In this document: piece after piece, positions 1-12,700 of the stretch
Numbering within the stretch: the stretch's first letter is position 1
How the letters are laid out: every line of letters starts with the position of its first letter
Source: Lytechinus pictus
Taxonomy: Eukaryota
NCBI RefSeq assembly: GCF_037042905.1
Contig: NC_087251.1
Coordinates: 39,806,001 to 39,866,000, forward strand
Reading direction: 5' to 3'
Length of the DNA stretch: 60,000 nt
The notes under the pieces: model-generated
Databases searched by the model: none
The model's input: the letters and a program-made list of their open reading frames with translations, nothing else
What the model was told of the DNA's origin: nothing
Position numbers and translations under genes: made by a program

Positions 1-110
1 CCTGTTTGTGTGCATTATGTGCTTACATGTACGTTACTGGTATGTTAACTCATATATTTTGTTTTATTGAAGAAGCATTTAATTTCCACAGCATTTGTTG
101 ACTCTGTAGA

Positions 111-393
111 CAGGGTTCCCACAGTCATGGAAATTCCTGGAAAAATTTGTGGTTATGGAAAGTGGGAAAAGTCAGGGAATTGCATAAATTTACCTCTTGG
201 CTATGGCAGCTTTCCAGTTTGTCGTGTCTCGCAACTCTCATACTCTGCTTCTATAATTGGTGTTCATGATTTCCATTTTTCCCAGTTTTGTGACATCCCA
301 ACTCCCAGGACGTCACGGGAAGTCATGGAAAGCAGTAATTTTAGTCATGGAAAAGTCATGGAATTCTGTTTTCAAATTTCTGTGGGAACCCTG
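111..393. mobile_element. MITE, hAT-like termini
   Basis: 13-bp TIR CAGGGTTCCCACA / TGTGGGAACCCTG; internal GTCATGGAA repeats; no clear TSD. Confidence 0.7.
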
Positions 394-1802
394 ATAGAGA
401 ATCAGGATTAACTTTTAATGAATCACTTTGATTGCAGGTAGATTTCTTGGCTCATTTGATGTGTTTATTTATTTATTTCACATCTTTATACAGGGTAACC
501 AATTCAGCTATACACGATAAAACATTAACAAAGATAAAAAGCTGGTTTGCAATCGGGCCCTGTTTACATACAAATTATACAGTACATAATGTGCAAAATA
601 GACAAGAAATAAATCTTTAAAAATCCCAACCCTCTGTGCCATTTGTTTTGTGATTATGAACTACATGTAGATTTAGATCAGCTTGTGTGGGTTTCTACAT
701 TACAGTCTTTATAGTACTGATCATGATATGTGAGTCATTCGTTGGTGGGTAGCAACATTTGGTACACAATGTCACAGCCTCGTGGATGGTGTACATGTAT
801 TGCTAACCAATTACCTTCTGGACAATTTTCAGGTAATGGGAGTTTCCTGCTCAAAGCAATGCACAATTTTTTGTTTACAGTGACAAAGGAGATAACAAAT
901 TGAGTTCGCATTAATTCACCCCTTTTCCTTCCTTATTACAAATTAGTGTACAAAATGGGTGCAGTGATACATGAGAGATTGTCTATATCCTACCTGGAGG
1001 GGGGGTCTCAACATTTTACACAATTTTTGCAATGTAGAAACCTCTTGCTGCGATACTGTATATCAAGACTTTTTCTTTTGCGCCATCTGCATCTTTTACA
1101 TATAGGACCGAATTTGCAATGCCCGGGAATAACGTATGGGTAGTAATTTAGCACATGCATTTCGCATTTATAAAAAAAAATACAATTTGCCAATATTATG
1201 TATGTACGTGTATGAATATTTTTGCTTTCAGTTCATATTACTCGATTTTGTAATGCTGTTTATATTCACATAGTATGTAAGTGTCTTCTTTAAATACAAA
1301 TTTCATTGAAAACAATGAAAAACAATGTATTTCATTTCGATAAGGTATTTTCATAGTATAAGATACATGTACATGATAATTACATAATATGCCAATATAC
1401 AAATACATGAATATGAAATGAAATAAGAGAACTTCAAGAAAGTCCTTTAAGGCTTTGTGGGTACAAGTTCCCTGATACATGTATGAACACTGCTTGTAGT
1501 GTGCTCAGCAATTGCTTTAAAATTACTCACCCATATTTGAGACAGGCAAAAAGCAAACAGTTGAAATCATGGAATACAAATGTAGTGCAGTTTATTTTGA
1601 CATGCCGTGTGAAACTGTGAACTGTTGTGGATTTAGCATCCAAATAATGAAACAACTGCTCACCTTTAGCGCCACTTGAATATGTGTACAGTGTACAAAA
1701 AAGTGTTGGGGCGATTCCATGCTAGAAAAATCAGTCATTTTCACAACATTTTTCATCCTGCTGTCTAAACAAATGAGAAACTTCAATTTGTTTTATGGTA
1801 AT

Positions 1803-2020
1803 AATAAAGTATTATGGGGTACCGGTAGTCATGCAAAAATATGACAACCAAGAAATATATGTTGTCCGTGGGTGAATTAGAGACGAAATGTTGTGTGTCG
1901 TACGGGACATTTCTGAGTCCCGTATGACACAACATTTTCACCCGTAATTCACCGGTAATCAAACATTTTTTGTTGGTTTTCCGATCGGTTTTTCACATGA
2001 CTACCCCCTATTACTTTATC
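1803..2020. repeat. Imperfect ~220-bp palindrome (probable transposon-derived hairpin)
   Basis: ggtagtcatg...gtcgtacgggac atttctga gtcccgtatgac...catgactacc. Confidence 0.7.
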
Positions 2021-3030
2021 ACTGACAAAAAAGAAAATTTTATCTCAAGCATTCAGCTAAGAGACTGGAAATTGTTGTCAAAATGTCCCGTACGACACGT
2101 ATGGAATCGCCCGTTGATACAATAATTATTAAAATAGTCATTGAATTGAGAATGCAATTTGAAAAATGTTATGAAGATTGGTTTATTTCACTTGAGTTTA
2201 GAGATTTATCATGAGACGGCAAGACGCCAATAAATGTTAAGTTATATAAATATGTAAACGTACATGCAGCCTGATGCAGGCCTGAAGGCTACTTTTTGTG
2301 AGATGTCTCCTTGCTTCCTCCATCAACTATTATAAATGATTGCCAATCTTTTCTCATTCATGTAACGCAGATGTTACATGTATGCGCTACTTTTAAATTT
2401 CAATGTACAAGAGTATGCACATGATGTATTGCTAAAATTTGAACTGTTTATTCTGTCTATATCATGGCCTGTACAGTTATGGATTGTAATTTTCTCAAAG
2501 AAGCATTTGAAGGATATTTCTCAGTTTTTTTATTAACCCCCCCCATGATGCCATGAGCAGAATGTAATGGCAAACACTAGGTCATATCATGTCATCTAGA
2601 ATATTGCCCTGAATGTATTGAATATCATTTTATTCAGTTGACATTATTAATTTTAGAATGACAGGCTGTCCTGCATTTTGAATTATAAACTGTATGTCAT
2701 GAGTCTTTTATTCATTTGTTGTCTCCTTGTGTTTTCACTTTATGTGGTCTTCACTCTTTACAGTGTTTCTACAAAATAGTTTTAATAGTTTGAAACTTTG
2801 AGTTGATATCTGGGCCCCGTCTTACAAAGAGTTACAATTGATCCAATCAACCACAACTATCGAAGGCCAGCAACGTCATCATCTAAAATGCATGTTTATT
2901 CAAACAAATTTCTAGATATGATGTGTATTCATACATTCATTGTTTTTTTTACAATTTGGTGTGTTCGCCTTTGTTTACAGAGGACATTTTGCAAATTTCC
3001 TGTAGAAAAATTATGGCACTGATGGATTTT

Positions 3031-3463
3031 TGTCTCACCTGTATAGCAGAGTGAGACTATACTTATAGGCACCGCTTTTCTGATGGTGGCGGCGTCAACA
3101 TCAAATCTTAACTGAAGGTTAAGTCTTTGAAATGACAGCATTACTTTGAAAGTATATGGACCTAGTTCCAAGGTCATAGGTCATTTAAGGTCAATAAACT
3201 TAGGCATGTTGGGGGTAATTGTTGAATTTCCACCATAGGTTTGAAAGTTTATAGATAGAGTGAATGAAATGTGGACATGGGTGTAATCAAGTAACACTGA
3301 CAAGTCTTAGGTCACCGTTCAAATGTCATTTATGGTCAATGAAGGTAGTATTATATAAGAAAGATGTTTTTGTGAATGATTTTTTTTTAGTTTTCAAATT
3401 CAGCACTGCTGCTATATTAAATCGTGTAATGCATGCCAGACTGCCAGAGGCACTCCACTTGTT
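3031..3463 (+). mobile_element. Helentron-associated (HINE / DINE-1 / Pearl-like) element, internally deleted
   Basis: 5' TGTCTCACCTG...GTGAGAC hairpin, GGC microsatellite and 3' GACTGCCAGAGGCACTCCACTTGTT shared with other copies; interrupts a MITE starting at ~2812. Confidence 0.7.
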
Positions 3464-3676
3464 TGGGTTATCAATACACTTTTGTAAATCCATTCACTTC
3501 GCAATTCTGATGTATGTTTGGTTGGTGTGACACAATTATTTTTGGATGAAAAAGAACATGAGCCGACTTACAATGCATGACCCCCACCCCAACATTTTGT
3601 TTTGTAGAGTTTATTCAAGTCTTGAATAGAAGTATATTCTTAATCATTTAAGTTAATTTTGTTTTTGTTTTTGTAG

Positions 3677-3787
3677 ACTACCTTACCTGAGTTTAGTGAA
3701 AGTGAATTCTCTGTACAGAGGGAACATGAAGAGTTCATATGGCTACATACCATGTATGAGGAAAATGAGGACTACGGAGGCATCATT
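3677..3787 (+). CDS. SNX6: SNX6 coding exon (PX domain)
   Basis: tgtag|...|gtaagt; [37 protein letters not shown]. Confidence 0.93.
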
Positions 3788-6700
3788 GTAAGTTAATCCT
3801 TATCCGTGTCATATTTAAAGTAAAGAGGATTAAAACCGGTAATGTGCTAAGCATATTTTTTTTCTTAGTGATGGGTTCTCTTTGATCTTATGAATTCTAT
3901 AATTATTTAAATGTGGAAGTGTTTGTTGATACTTTTGTGGAGTTGAAAATGAAACGGGAAACACTTAATGACCTCTTAGGTACTTGTAAAAATTGCTTTG
4001 TTATTCAAAACTTGTTTGTCTAAATTATTAATAGATTTGCAATATAATCAGTGTGAAATTACACAATTAACAAAGATCAGAGACTTTTAATATCCAAGAA
4101 TGTATATTCTACAACAGACATTCAAAGCATGAAGTGTTGAGAAGTTGTAAAAATACCAAGAATTGATTGATATTGCAAAAAAACATTCTCTTGAATCCTA
4201 CTGCTGTAGATTCCACCAGCTCCCCCAAGGCCAGACTTTGATGCTTCGAGAGAAAAGCTACAAAAGCTGGGGGAAGGAGAGGGTACGATGACCAAAGAAG
4301 AATTCAACAAGATGAAACAAGAACTAGAAGCGTAAGTAATCATTACTCTCAATTATTGTTTTCAGCCCTTAATTGATTTATTGTTAGCAAGTAATAACTC
4401 TTCAATATCACTTTGGGTGCAACCAAGACCATAAGCAAAGATGCTACAAGGGGAAGATTGGACATTTCTGCGATTCTTTTTTAAACGCTCGATAAATGCT
4501 CATGGGTTAGGGCGCCCAACAGCGTTGAGTAAGTAAACCATATCACATCGGCACGCTGCTGTGTATAAAACATATGGGGAAAATGAGAGAGGGGATTTTG
4601 GAGAGGGCTTAAGGGCGGCGCATGGAAACAATTCCACCTTTTATGACCCAGGAACCTCTAAAATACATCTCTAATTTCATAGAAAAAAATTGAAGAAAAA
4701 CATTTTTGAAATGTAAAAATTGTCTATTCCTTCACCCCTTCACCATTTCTCGCATATGTTTTGTACACAACCATCTTGCTATATGCAAAGGTAAAAAAAG
4801 GTTGGTACATGTACTTACTCAACGCAGTGGGGCGCACTTCCCGAGCGTTTCATTACGTAGTCTATGCACTGTCCGATCTTCCCCTTGTAGTATCTTTGCC
4901 ATTAGTAAAGGGCATCAATAGTAAAATGTACTTTTCAAAGGGACACATACACTGGATCACCACAGGGCACCAAGGCCTGAGCCTAAAAGGCCACTTATTT
5001 TGGCCTTAAGTCTACAAATATTAAAGGTCAAGTCCACCCCAGTAAAATATTGATTTGAATAAATAGAGAAAAATCAAACTAGCATAATACTGAAAATTTC
5101 ATCCAAATTGATTGTAAAATAAGAAAGTTATGGCATTTTAAACTTTCGCTTCTTTTTCACAAAACAGTGATAGCGCAACTCTGTGACATGCAAATGAGTC
5201 AGTAGATGATGTCCATCACTCACTATTTCTTTTGTTTTTTATTATTTGAATTATACAATATTTCATTTTTTACAGATTTGACCATAGGGACCGTTTTGAC
5301 TGAATCATATAGTATTAAACAATGCTAATTCCACAAGTTCAGGGAGGAATTAATCACTGTTTCACTTGACAATGAGGAGATAATAAGGATAGTTCATATT
5401 TCATATAATAAAATACAAAAGAAATAGTGAGTGGATGACATCATCAGTCTCCTAATTTGCATACCAACCAGGATGTGCATATATCTGGTTGTGAAATTAA
5501 GTGAAACTTAAAAATATCATAACTTTCTTATTTTACATCCAAGTTTGATGAGATTTTCAGTGCTATGCTTGTTAGATTTTTCTCTTTTTATTCAAATCAA
5601 TTTTTGTCTCGCCTGCGTAGCGGAGCGAGACATAGGTATCACTATTTCCGGCGTCGTCGTCGTCAACAATTGTGTTGTACACCCAATAACTTTCAATAGC
5701 TTCGAGGTAGGATCACCAAATTCATACCAGAGGTCCATCTCCTGAAGGCACAGGTCAAGTTCGAATATGAGTCAAATTTGATTAAGGTCAAAGGTCAAAG
5801 GTCAATGAACTTTCCATGACTGGCACTGTACTATGTTGTACACCCAATAACTTTCTATAGCTTTGAGGTAGGATCACCAAATTCATACAAGAGGTCCATC
5901 TCCTGAAGGCACAGGTCAAGTTCGAATATGAGTCGAATTTGATGAAGGTCAAAGGTCAGTGAACTTTCCATGACTGGCACTGTGCTATGTTGTACACATA
6001 ATAACTTTCTATATCTTCGAGGTGGGATCACCAAATTCATACCAGAGGTCCATCTCTTGAAGGCACACGTCAAGTTCGAATATGAGTTGAATTTGAATAA
6101 GGTCAAAGGTCAAAAGTCAATGAACTTTCCATGACTGGCACTGTGCTGTGTTGTACACACAATAACTTTATATAGCTTCGAAGTGAGATCGCCAAATTCA
6201 TAACAGAGGTCCATCTCCTGAAGGCACAGGTCAAGTTTGAATATGAGTCGAATTTGATTAAGGTCAAAGGTCAAAGGTCAGTGAACTTTCCATGACTGGC
6301 ACTGTGCTATGTTGTACACATAATAACTTTCTATATCTTCGAGGTGGGATCACCAAATTCATACCAGAGGTCCAACTCCTGAAGGCACAGGTCAAGTTCG
6401 AATATGAGTCGATTTTGAATAAGGTCAAAGGTCAATGAACTTTCCCTGACTAGCACTTTGCTGTGTTGTACACACAATAACTTTCTATAGCTTCGAGGCG
6501 AGATCGCCAAATTCATAACAGAGGTCCATCTCTTGAAGGTGCAGGTCAAGTTCGAATATGAGTTGAATTTGATAAAGGTCAAAGGTCAATGAACTTTCCA
6601 TGACTGGCACTGTGCTGTGTTGTACACATAATAACTTTTTATATCTTCGAGGTAGGATCGCCAAATTCATATAAGAGGTCCATCTCTTGAGGTGCAGGTC

Positions 6701-9700
6701 AAGTTCGAATGTGAGTTGAATTTGATTAAGGTCAAAGGTCAATGAACTTTCCATGACTGGCACTGTGCTGTATTGTACACACAATAACTTTCTATAGCTT
6801 TGAGGTGGGATCGCCAAACTCGTAACAGAGGTCCATCTCTTGAAGTTGCAGCCTCAGAAGTCATATAGCATAGTTTTGACATGCAGTCTCTTCAGGACTG
6901 CAATATGCAGGCGAGACAACGCTTGGCGTTTGCCTTGTTTTATTGGGTGGACTTATCCTTTAAGAAGGGAATGAAGGCCATTTTGATGGCATCAGATGCC
7001 ATGAGTTTGGATGGCCTTGGGTTAATTCAAGCCCTTATGTAATTTTACTCTGTATGTGCGTAACAAATCACACTGCTGACTCATCTAGTGGAGAAGAAAA
7101 TATTGGAGATTGACTGGAACATTGCAATAAATTTTGGTTCAACTGCAAAGCGAACCTTCTCTCAAAATCTTGCATATTGATTTGCAAGAAAGTTCAGTTG
7201 CATTTAGATGTGAATAAACTATAATCTGTCGTCTGTCATCCGTCCACAATTTCAAAATGCTTCTTCTTCGTCATTTTAAGTCTGATTTCAATTGTTTACT
7301 TTATATGATAGCACTATGTGGGGGATTCAAAACTTCTTCAAAGAATTTTGAAACTCATTAAATATGCTAATTTATGCACATTTTTCAAAATTCACAATAA
7401 ATGCTTCTCCTTCTTTATTTGTTGACTGGTTTTGATTTTTTTTTCTTCCTACTGGTAGAGCTTCATGAAGTTCACCAAATTTCTACACAGAATTTTGAAA
7501 TTTTGACTGGAAAAATTTTTATGCTAATTTATGCAAAATTAATTTGTGTATTTTTAAAAATTCTCATATAATGCTTCTTCATTTGTTGACCGATTTTGAT
7601 TTTTTTTTTCTTCCATTTGGTAGAGCTTCATGAGGTTCACCAAATAACTTCACAGAATTTTGAAATTTATTTATGCTAATTTATGCAAAATTTATTCATA
7701 AATTACAGAAAATGCCTGTTCTTAATTTGTTGACCAATTTTGATATTTTTTTTCATCTATCTGGTAGAGCCACATGAGGATCACCAAACTTGCACACAGA
7801 TTTCTGAAATTTTGACTAGAAACTCATTTATGCTAATTTATACAATATTTATTCATAAATCACAAAAAATGCTTTTTCTCCTTCATTTGTTGATCAATTT
7901 CAATTCCGTTTGCTTTATATGATAGCTCTAGGTGGGGATACAAAGTTTCTACACCGAATTTTAAAACACATTAGATATGCTCATTTATGCATATTTTTCA
8001 AAACTGACAAAAAATGCTTATTTATTCGTTGACTGATTTTTATTTATTTTTTGTTCCATCCGAGAGCTACATGAGGTTCACAAAGGTTATACACGGAATT
8101 TAGAAATTTGGACTAGAAAATTATTTATGCTAATTAATACGAAATATATTCATGAATAAAAACTAATGACTCTTTGTCATTTCTTCATCAATTTCAATTC
8201 TGTTTCCTCAATTTATGTCACCAATATCATACACTACAGTGTCAACTGGGCTGAAATGAAAAATTGTGTTAAATTTTGTTGCACGATGCCGTATGAGCTC
8301 CACATCATTGATGTGCTAGTTTGTTTTTTCACATTCACATAAGTTTCCTTTTCACATTTAAAAATATGTTATGATGATCAATGTGGAGTTTGCTAAGTTT
8401 GTTTTCAGACATATATAAAATATCTTTTGTGTTAATTAAAAAGTACCCATTTTCTTACTTTCTGCTCAGTCATAACAAAGACTGTCATATCCCATTAATA
8501 CTTAACTATTACCCTTTTAACTGGGTCAATTTAAGTTAAAACTTGAATGATCTTAAAAGAGTATTATTAGTTGCTTTCAAATTTCGAGGTTATTTGTGTA
8601 CTCTTACTTGATTTGTTGACAGGGAATACCTTGCAACGTTCAAGAAGACGGTCGCCATGCACGAGGTATTTCTTCAACGCCTAGCTGCCCACGCTACCCT
8701 TAGAAATGACCATAACTTCAGAGTCTTCCTGGAATACAAGCAAGATGTGAGTCTTTGTGGAAGAAATGTGTGTATGTACGCCAGTTGCACCCTTTTTTTT
8801 GTGATGTCACTCTTTCACGTTATCCTGCGTGATTGGTCGTCCACAGTGTACTCGACACCATGCATTAATCACTGTGTGTCTATTTCAAAGTGGTTGCAAA
8901 CCTCAGTTAAAGATTAATGAAAGTAGTTTCAGTAAACACTGATTTCATAAGAAAGTCTGTAAAAGCAAGGTTTTTAATTATCATATCATGGTTCTATATC
9001 TGGTACAGTCATATTAGCTGGACTGTGTGAAATCATGATATCTAAGCTGAAAAACAATCACACTGAAGATCACCAACACACATAGGCACATGTGGGACAG
9101 CGGTAGTAGTACATCATGTCTTTGTTAGAGATCAAGAACCAGGTTCAGCAACCTATCAGGTTGGCGGGCAGGTTGAATTTACATTATTACATGATACTAA
9201 CAGTACATTATACATTACTGACAATCATAATACATTATCATATTACTGTTCGATACAGTAATATACGATAATAACATTAAATATCTATTTGTTATTGCTT
9301 GGATAAACATCCAACAATTTCATGTTTGTTTTTGCCAATTTCCCAGCAGTTATGCACTTTCTTCCGGAATCCTTCGGCACATGCTATTTATTTACACAGA
9401 CAGACACTTGTGGTCAATTGATTGGATTCTGTACAAACTTGTTTTGAAATTGTTACTACAACTGGCATTTCTCTTTATTAAACCCTAAAAGGACTTTCAT
9501 AGCTTTTGCCAATGATATGATAGAAAAGACTTGACCTCAAACCTTTAGCTAATGTAAATGTGTACTGGTGCTATTAGTAAAATATTTTCTTTTCTTGCTT
9601 TTTTTTTTGCAGTTAAATGTACGTGGGAAGAACAAGAAGGAGAGGCTGAGTGGGCTCATGAAGTTTGTCACCAAGTCAGTGGATGAAGTTTTAGTTTCAG

Positions 9701-12700
9701 GACAAAAGGTAAACATTAATGTCAAATTCATGTAAACAAAAGAAGTGTGTTTCAAGTATCATATAGGTAGGGGCAGCTCCGGGATGTGTGGTCTCTCATT
9801 TACTGTGTGTTAAAAAAGGCTAGCCTTAAAAAATACCTTTTGAGATAAATGTAAATATGGAGAGTGAATTTGCCCGTCTGTAATGTTATTCATATTGAGA
9901 AACTAAATGTTTTTGGGCAGGAAGTACCTGCTTTGCTATGTGGTGAAATAGTTATTGTGGTAGGAATGTATTGAGGAGTAAATTCGCGTGTTATCATCAT
10001 TCAAGAGGGCCTATATTACAAGACTACACTGTTCAGAAGGTTGGATTATGGGTAGGAACGTCGTCGGATTTGAGTAGTTGAGGACATGAGGTGGTGCTGG
10101 TTCATTTCTACTTTGATATTCAAGGGTGCATTTAACTAAACAAAACAAAATTGATATAAGTTAAAATAGAAGTCTGCATTGAAAACAAGCTGACCCTCCG
10201 TCAGTACATTGTCAGTACTCTGTCAGTGGAGCGTTGTGGCCCAGTGGATTAGTCTTCTGCCTTTGAAACAGAGGGTCGTGGGTTCGAATCCCAGCCATGG
10301 CGTAATTTCCTTCAGCAAGAAATTTAGCCACATTGTGCTGCACTCAACCCATGTGAGGTGAATTGGGTACCCGGCAGGATTAATTCCGTGAATGCATGAG
10401 TGCTGAAAGGCAGCTCGAGCTGAAGCCGGGGTAATAATAATCATAATAACAATGCGCTTTGGAATAGAATATTTCTAGATAGATGGCGCTATATAAATGC
10501 CTATTATTATTATTATTATTACATTATTGGTAATTGTCTACCCTCCTTAAACCTGGAGTATTGCTGTGTGAAAGAGATTGATATTAGTATCAACTTATCA
10601 ATCTTATAACTCTTTAAAGGGAAAATCATTAATGACAATGGACTGTTTCAACTTTCTTTATGACAGGATGTAGATTCATTCTTTGAACATGAGAAGAACT
10701 TCCTGGTTGAGTACCATAACAAGGTGAAAGACTCGACTACCAAGTCAGATAGGATGACAAGGTCACACAAAGGTAAGTTTGATCTGAAAAAATTTCATTT
10801 TTGCTTTGTGAGAAATATTTTATGCCCCTCAAGAAATAAAAACCATAGAAGGCAGGGAAAAAATCAAAATGGGGAGCTGGGGGGCAATTTAGTCCCCGAA
10901 GTGCTCAAAAGAGCACTGGAAACAGAAGCACTGGAAATCCACATTCATCACAATGTGAAAGCTTATCCAATGTTGCATATTTAGGAAGTTAGTTGTGAAA
11001 AGTAGCCCCCCCCCAAAAAAAAAAAAAAAAAAAAAAAAAAGGGAGGGAGGGAGGAGAGAGAAATGAAATAAAATAATTATAAATAATTTTTAAAAAGAAC
11101 AATTTTTTGCCCCCTAGCTGGGGGCAATTTAGCCCCCGAAATTCTCAAAAAGGCCCTGGAAACAGAAGCACTGGAAATCCGCATTCATCACAATGTGAAA
11201 GCTTATCCAATGTTGCATATTTATGAAGTTAGTTGTGAAAAGTAGTCCCCCCCCAAAAAAAAAAAAATAAATAAATAAAATGAAATGAAATTGAAAATAA
11301 AATTTTTGCCTCCTAGAAGGATATGTTGTGAATGAAAGTGACATTCCTTTTTCTCTGTATGCTGGTTGACTTAAGTCACATTCCCTTCCTTGGATAATCA
11401 GTTTAGTTATCATTACACCTTTGTATTTGGAGATACCATTGCGACTTTGCATTAGCATAGGGGGAGGGAGGTATCCATATGTTCCCTGAAAAAGGAGTGC
11501 ATGCATGTTTTGCAAACAATGTATTGTATTGAATATGCTAACTTAATTCATTCTACTTTTTCAGATGTAGCAGATACATACATCAAAATATCAGGGGGAT
11601 TGCTTGGACTTGGAACAATAGACAAGACAGAGTTAGACAAGTGAGTATAAATCAAGCCAATACTTGCTTCTTTACATGTTACTTTTTACTTGGTGTTGAC
11701 TCATTAAAGGACAAGTCCACCCCAACGAAAAGTTGATTTTAATAAAAAGAGAAAAATCCAACTAGCATAACTGAAAATTTCATCAAAATTGGATGAAAAA
11801 TAAGAAAGTTATGACATTTCTAAATTTTGCTTGATTTCAGAAAATAGTTGTATGCACATCCCGGTAGGTATGCTAATGAGGGAACTGATGACATCACTCA
11901 CTCACTATATCTTTTGTATTCTATTAAATGAAGTATGAAATATTCTAATTTTCTCCTCATTGTCCTGTGAAACAAAGTTTTATTTCTCCCTGAACATGTT
12001 GAATTACCATTATTCAACATTTTATTGTTCAGTCAAGTTGGTCCTTATTGTCAAATCTGTAAAATTTTAGATATTGTATAATTCAAACAATAAAAAAACA
12101 AAAAAAATAGTGAGTGAGGGACACCATCAATTCTCTCATTTGCATGTAACTAAATTGTGCATATAACTATTTTGTGAAAAATAAGCAAAACTTTAAAATG
12201 TCATAACTTTCTTATTTTACATCCGATTTTGATGAAATTTTCAGCACTATGCTAGTTTGATTTTTCTCTATTTATTCAAGTCAGCATTTTCCTGGGGTGG
12301 ACTTGACCTTTAACAAAATTTGCTATAAAGGAGGAATGTATGAATATTATGGTTTAAACAAGCTGATGTAGGTAAAAAATTGTTTCTGTTATGGAAAGGC
12401 ATCGTAAGATATGAAATTTGACATCTCATTTTGCCATAGAAATGGTTTCTTAAAATAGTATGGTAATTGAAAGATGACTTCTTTTCTGGTTTAATTGTTA
12501 TGTGAAATTATGATTTCATTTTCAATTTCCAATGTTTACCAGTTAAAACTTTGAGCTTGTTCCACTATTTTTAATACACACCCTATGTAATGATTTCCAT
12601 AGTAGATAATATTTCTAGTTATTTAAAGGAATTAATCAGATTGCATGTTTTTGTCACTTTAACTTCATATCTTCAGATTCTTCATCAAAATAGCAGAGAC

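Noticed and set aside
1008..1193. Cys/Lys-rich 61-aa ORF resembling a zinc finger
   Set aside because: Cys spacing fits no family I can name, there is no ATG start, and no adjoining transposase sequence.
5670..6850. Regular repeat array as a possible CRISPR or coding repeat (ORFs 5855-6817)
   Set aside because: Units are contiguous and homologous over their full length with no unique spacers, and no cas genes are nearby. The ORFs are by-products of the repeat.
9770..10140. Non-repetitive intronic stretch with coding-like texture
   Set aside because: The frames I translated contain stops and no recognisable homology; a faint LINE-RT-like LVKCTLEY is too weak to support a call.
10226..10300. 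tRNA gene (also at 23230-23305, 42906-42980, 51270-51344, 52300-52375)
   Set aside because: A and B boxes are present but the acceptor stem does not pair, and each continues into a SINE core and simple-repeat tail.
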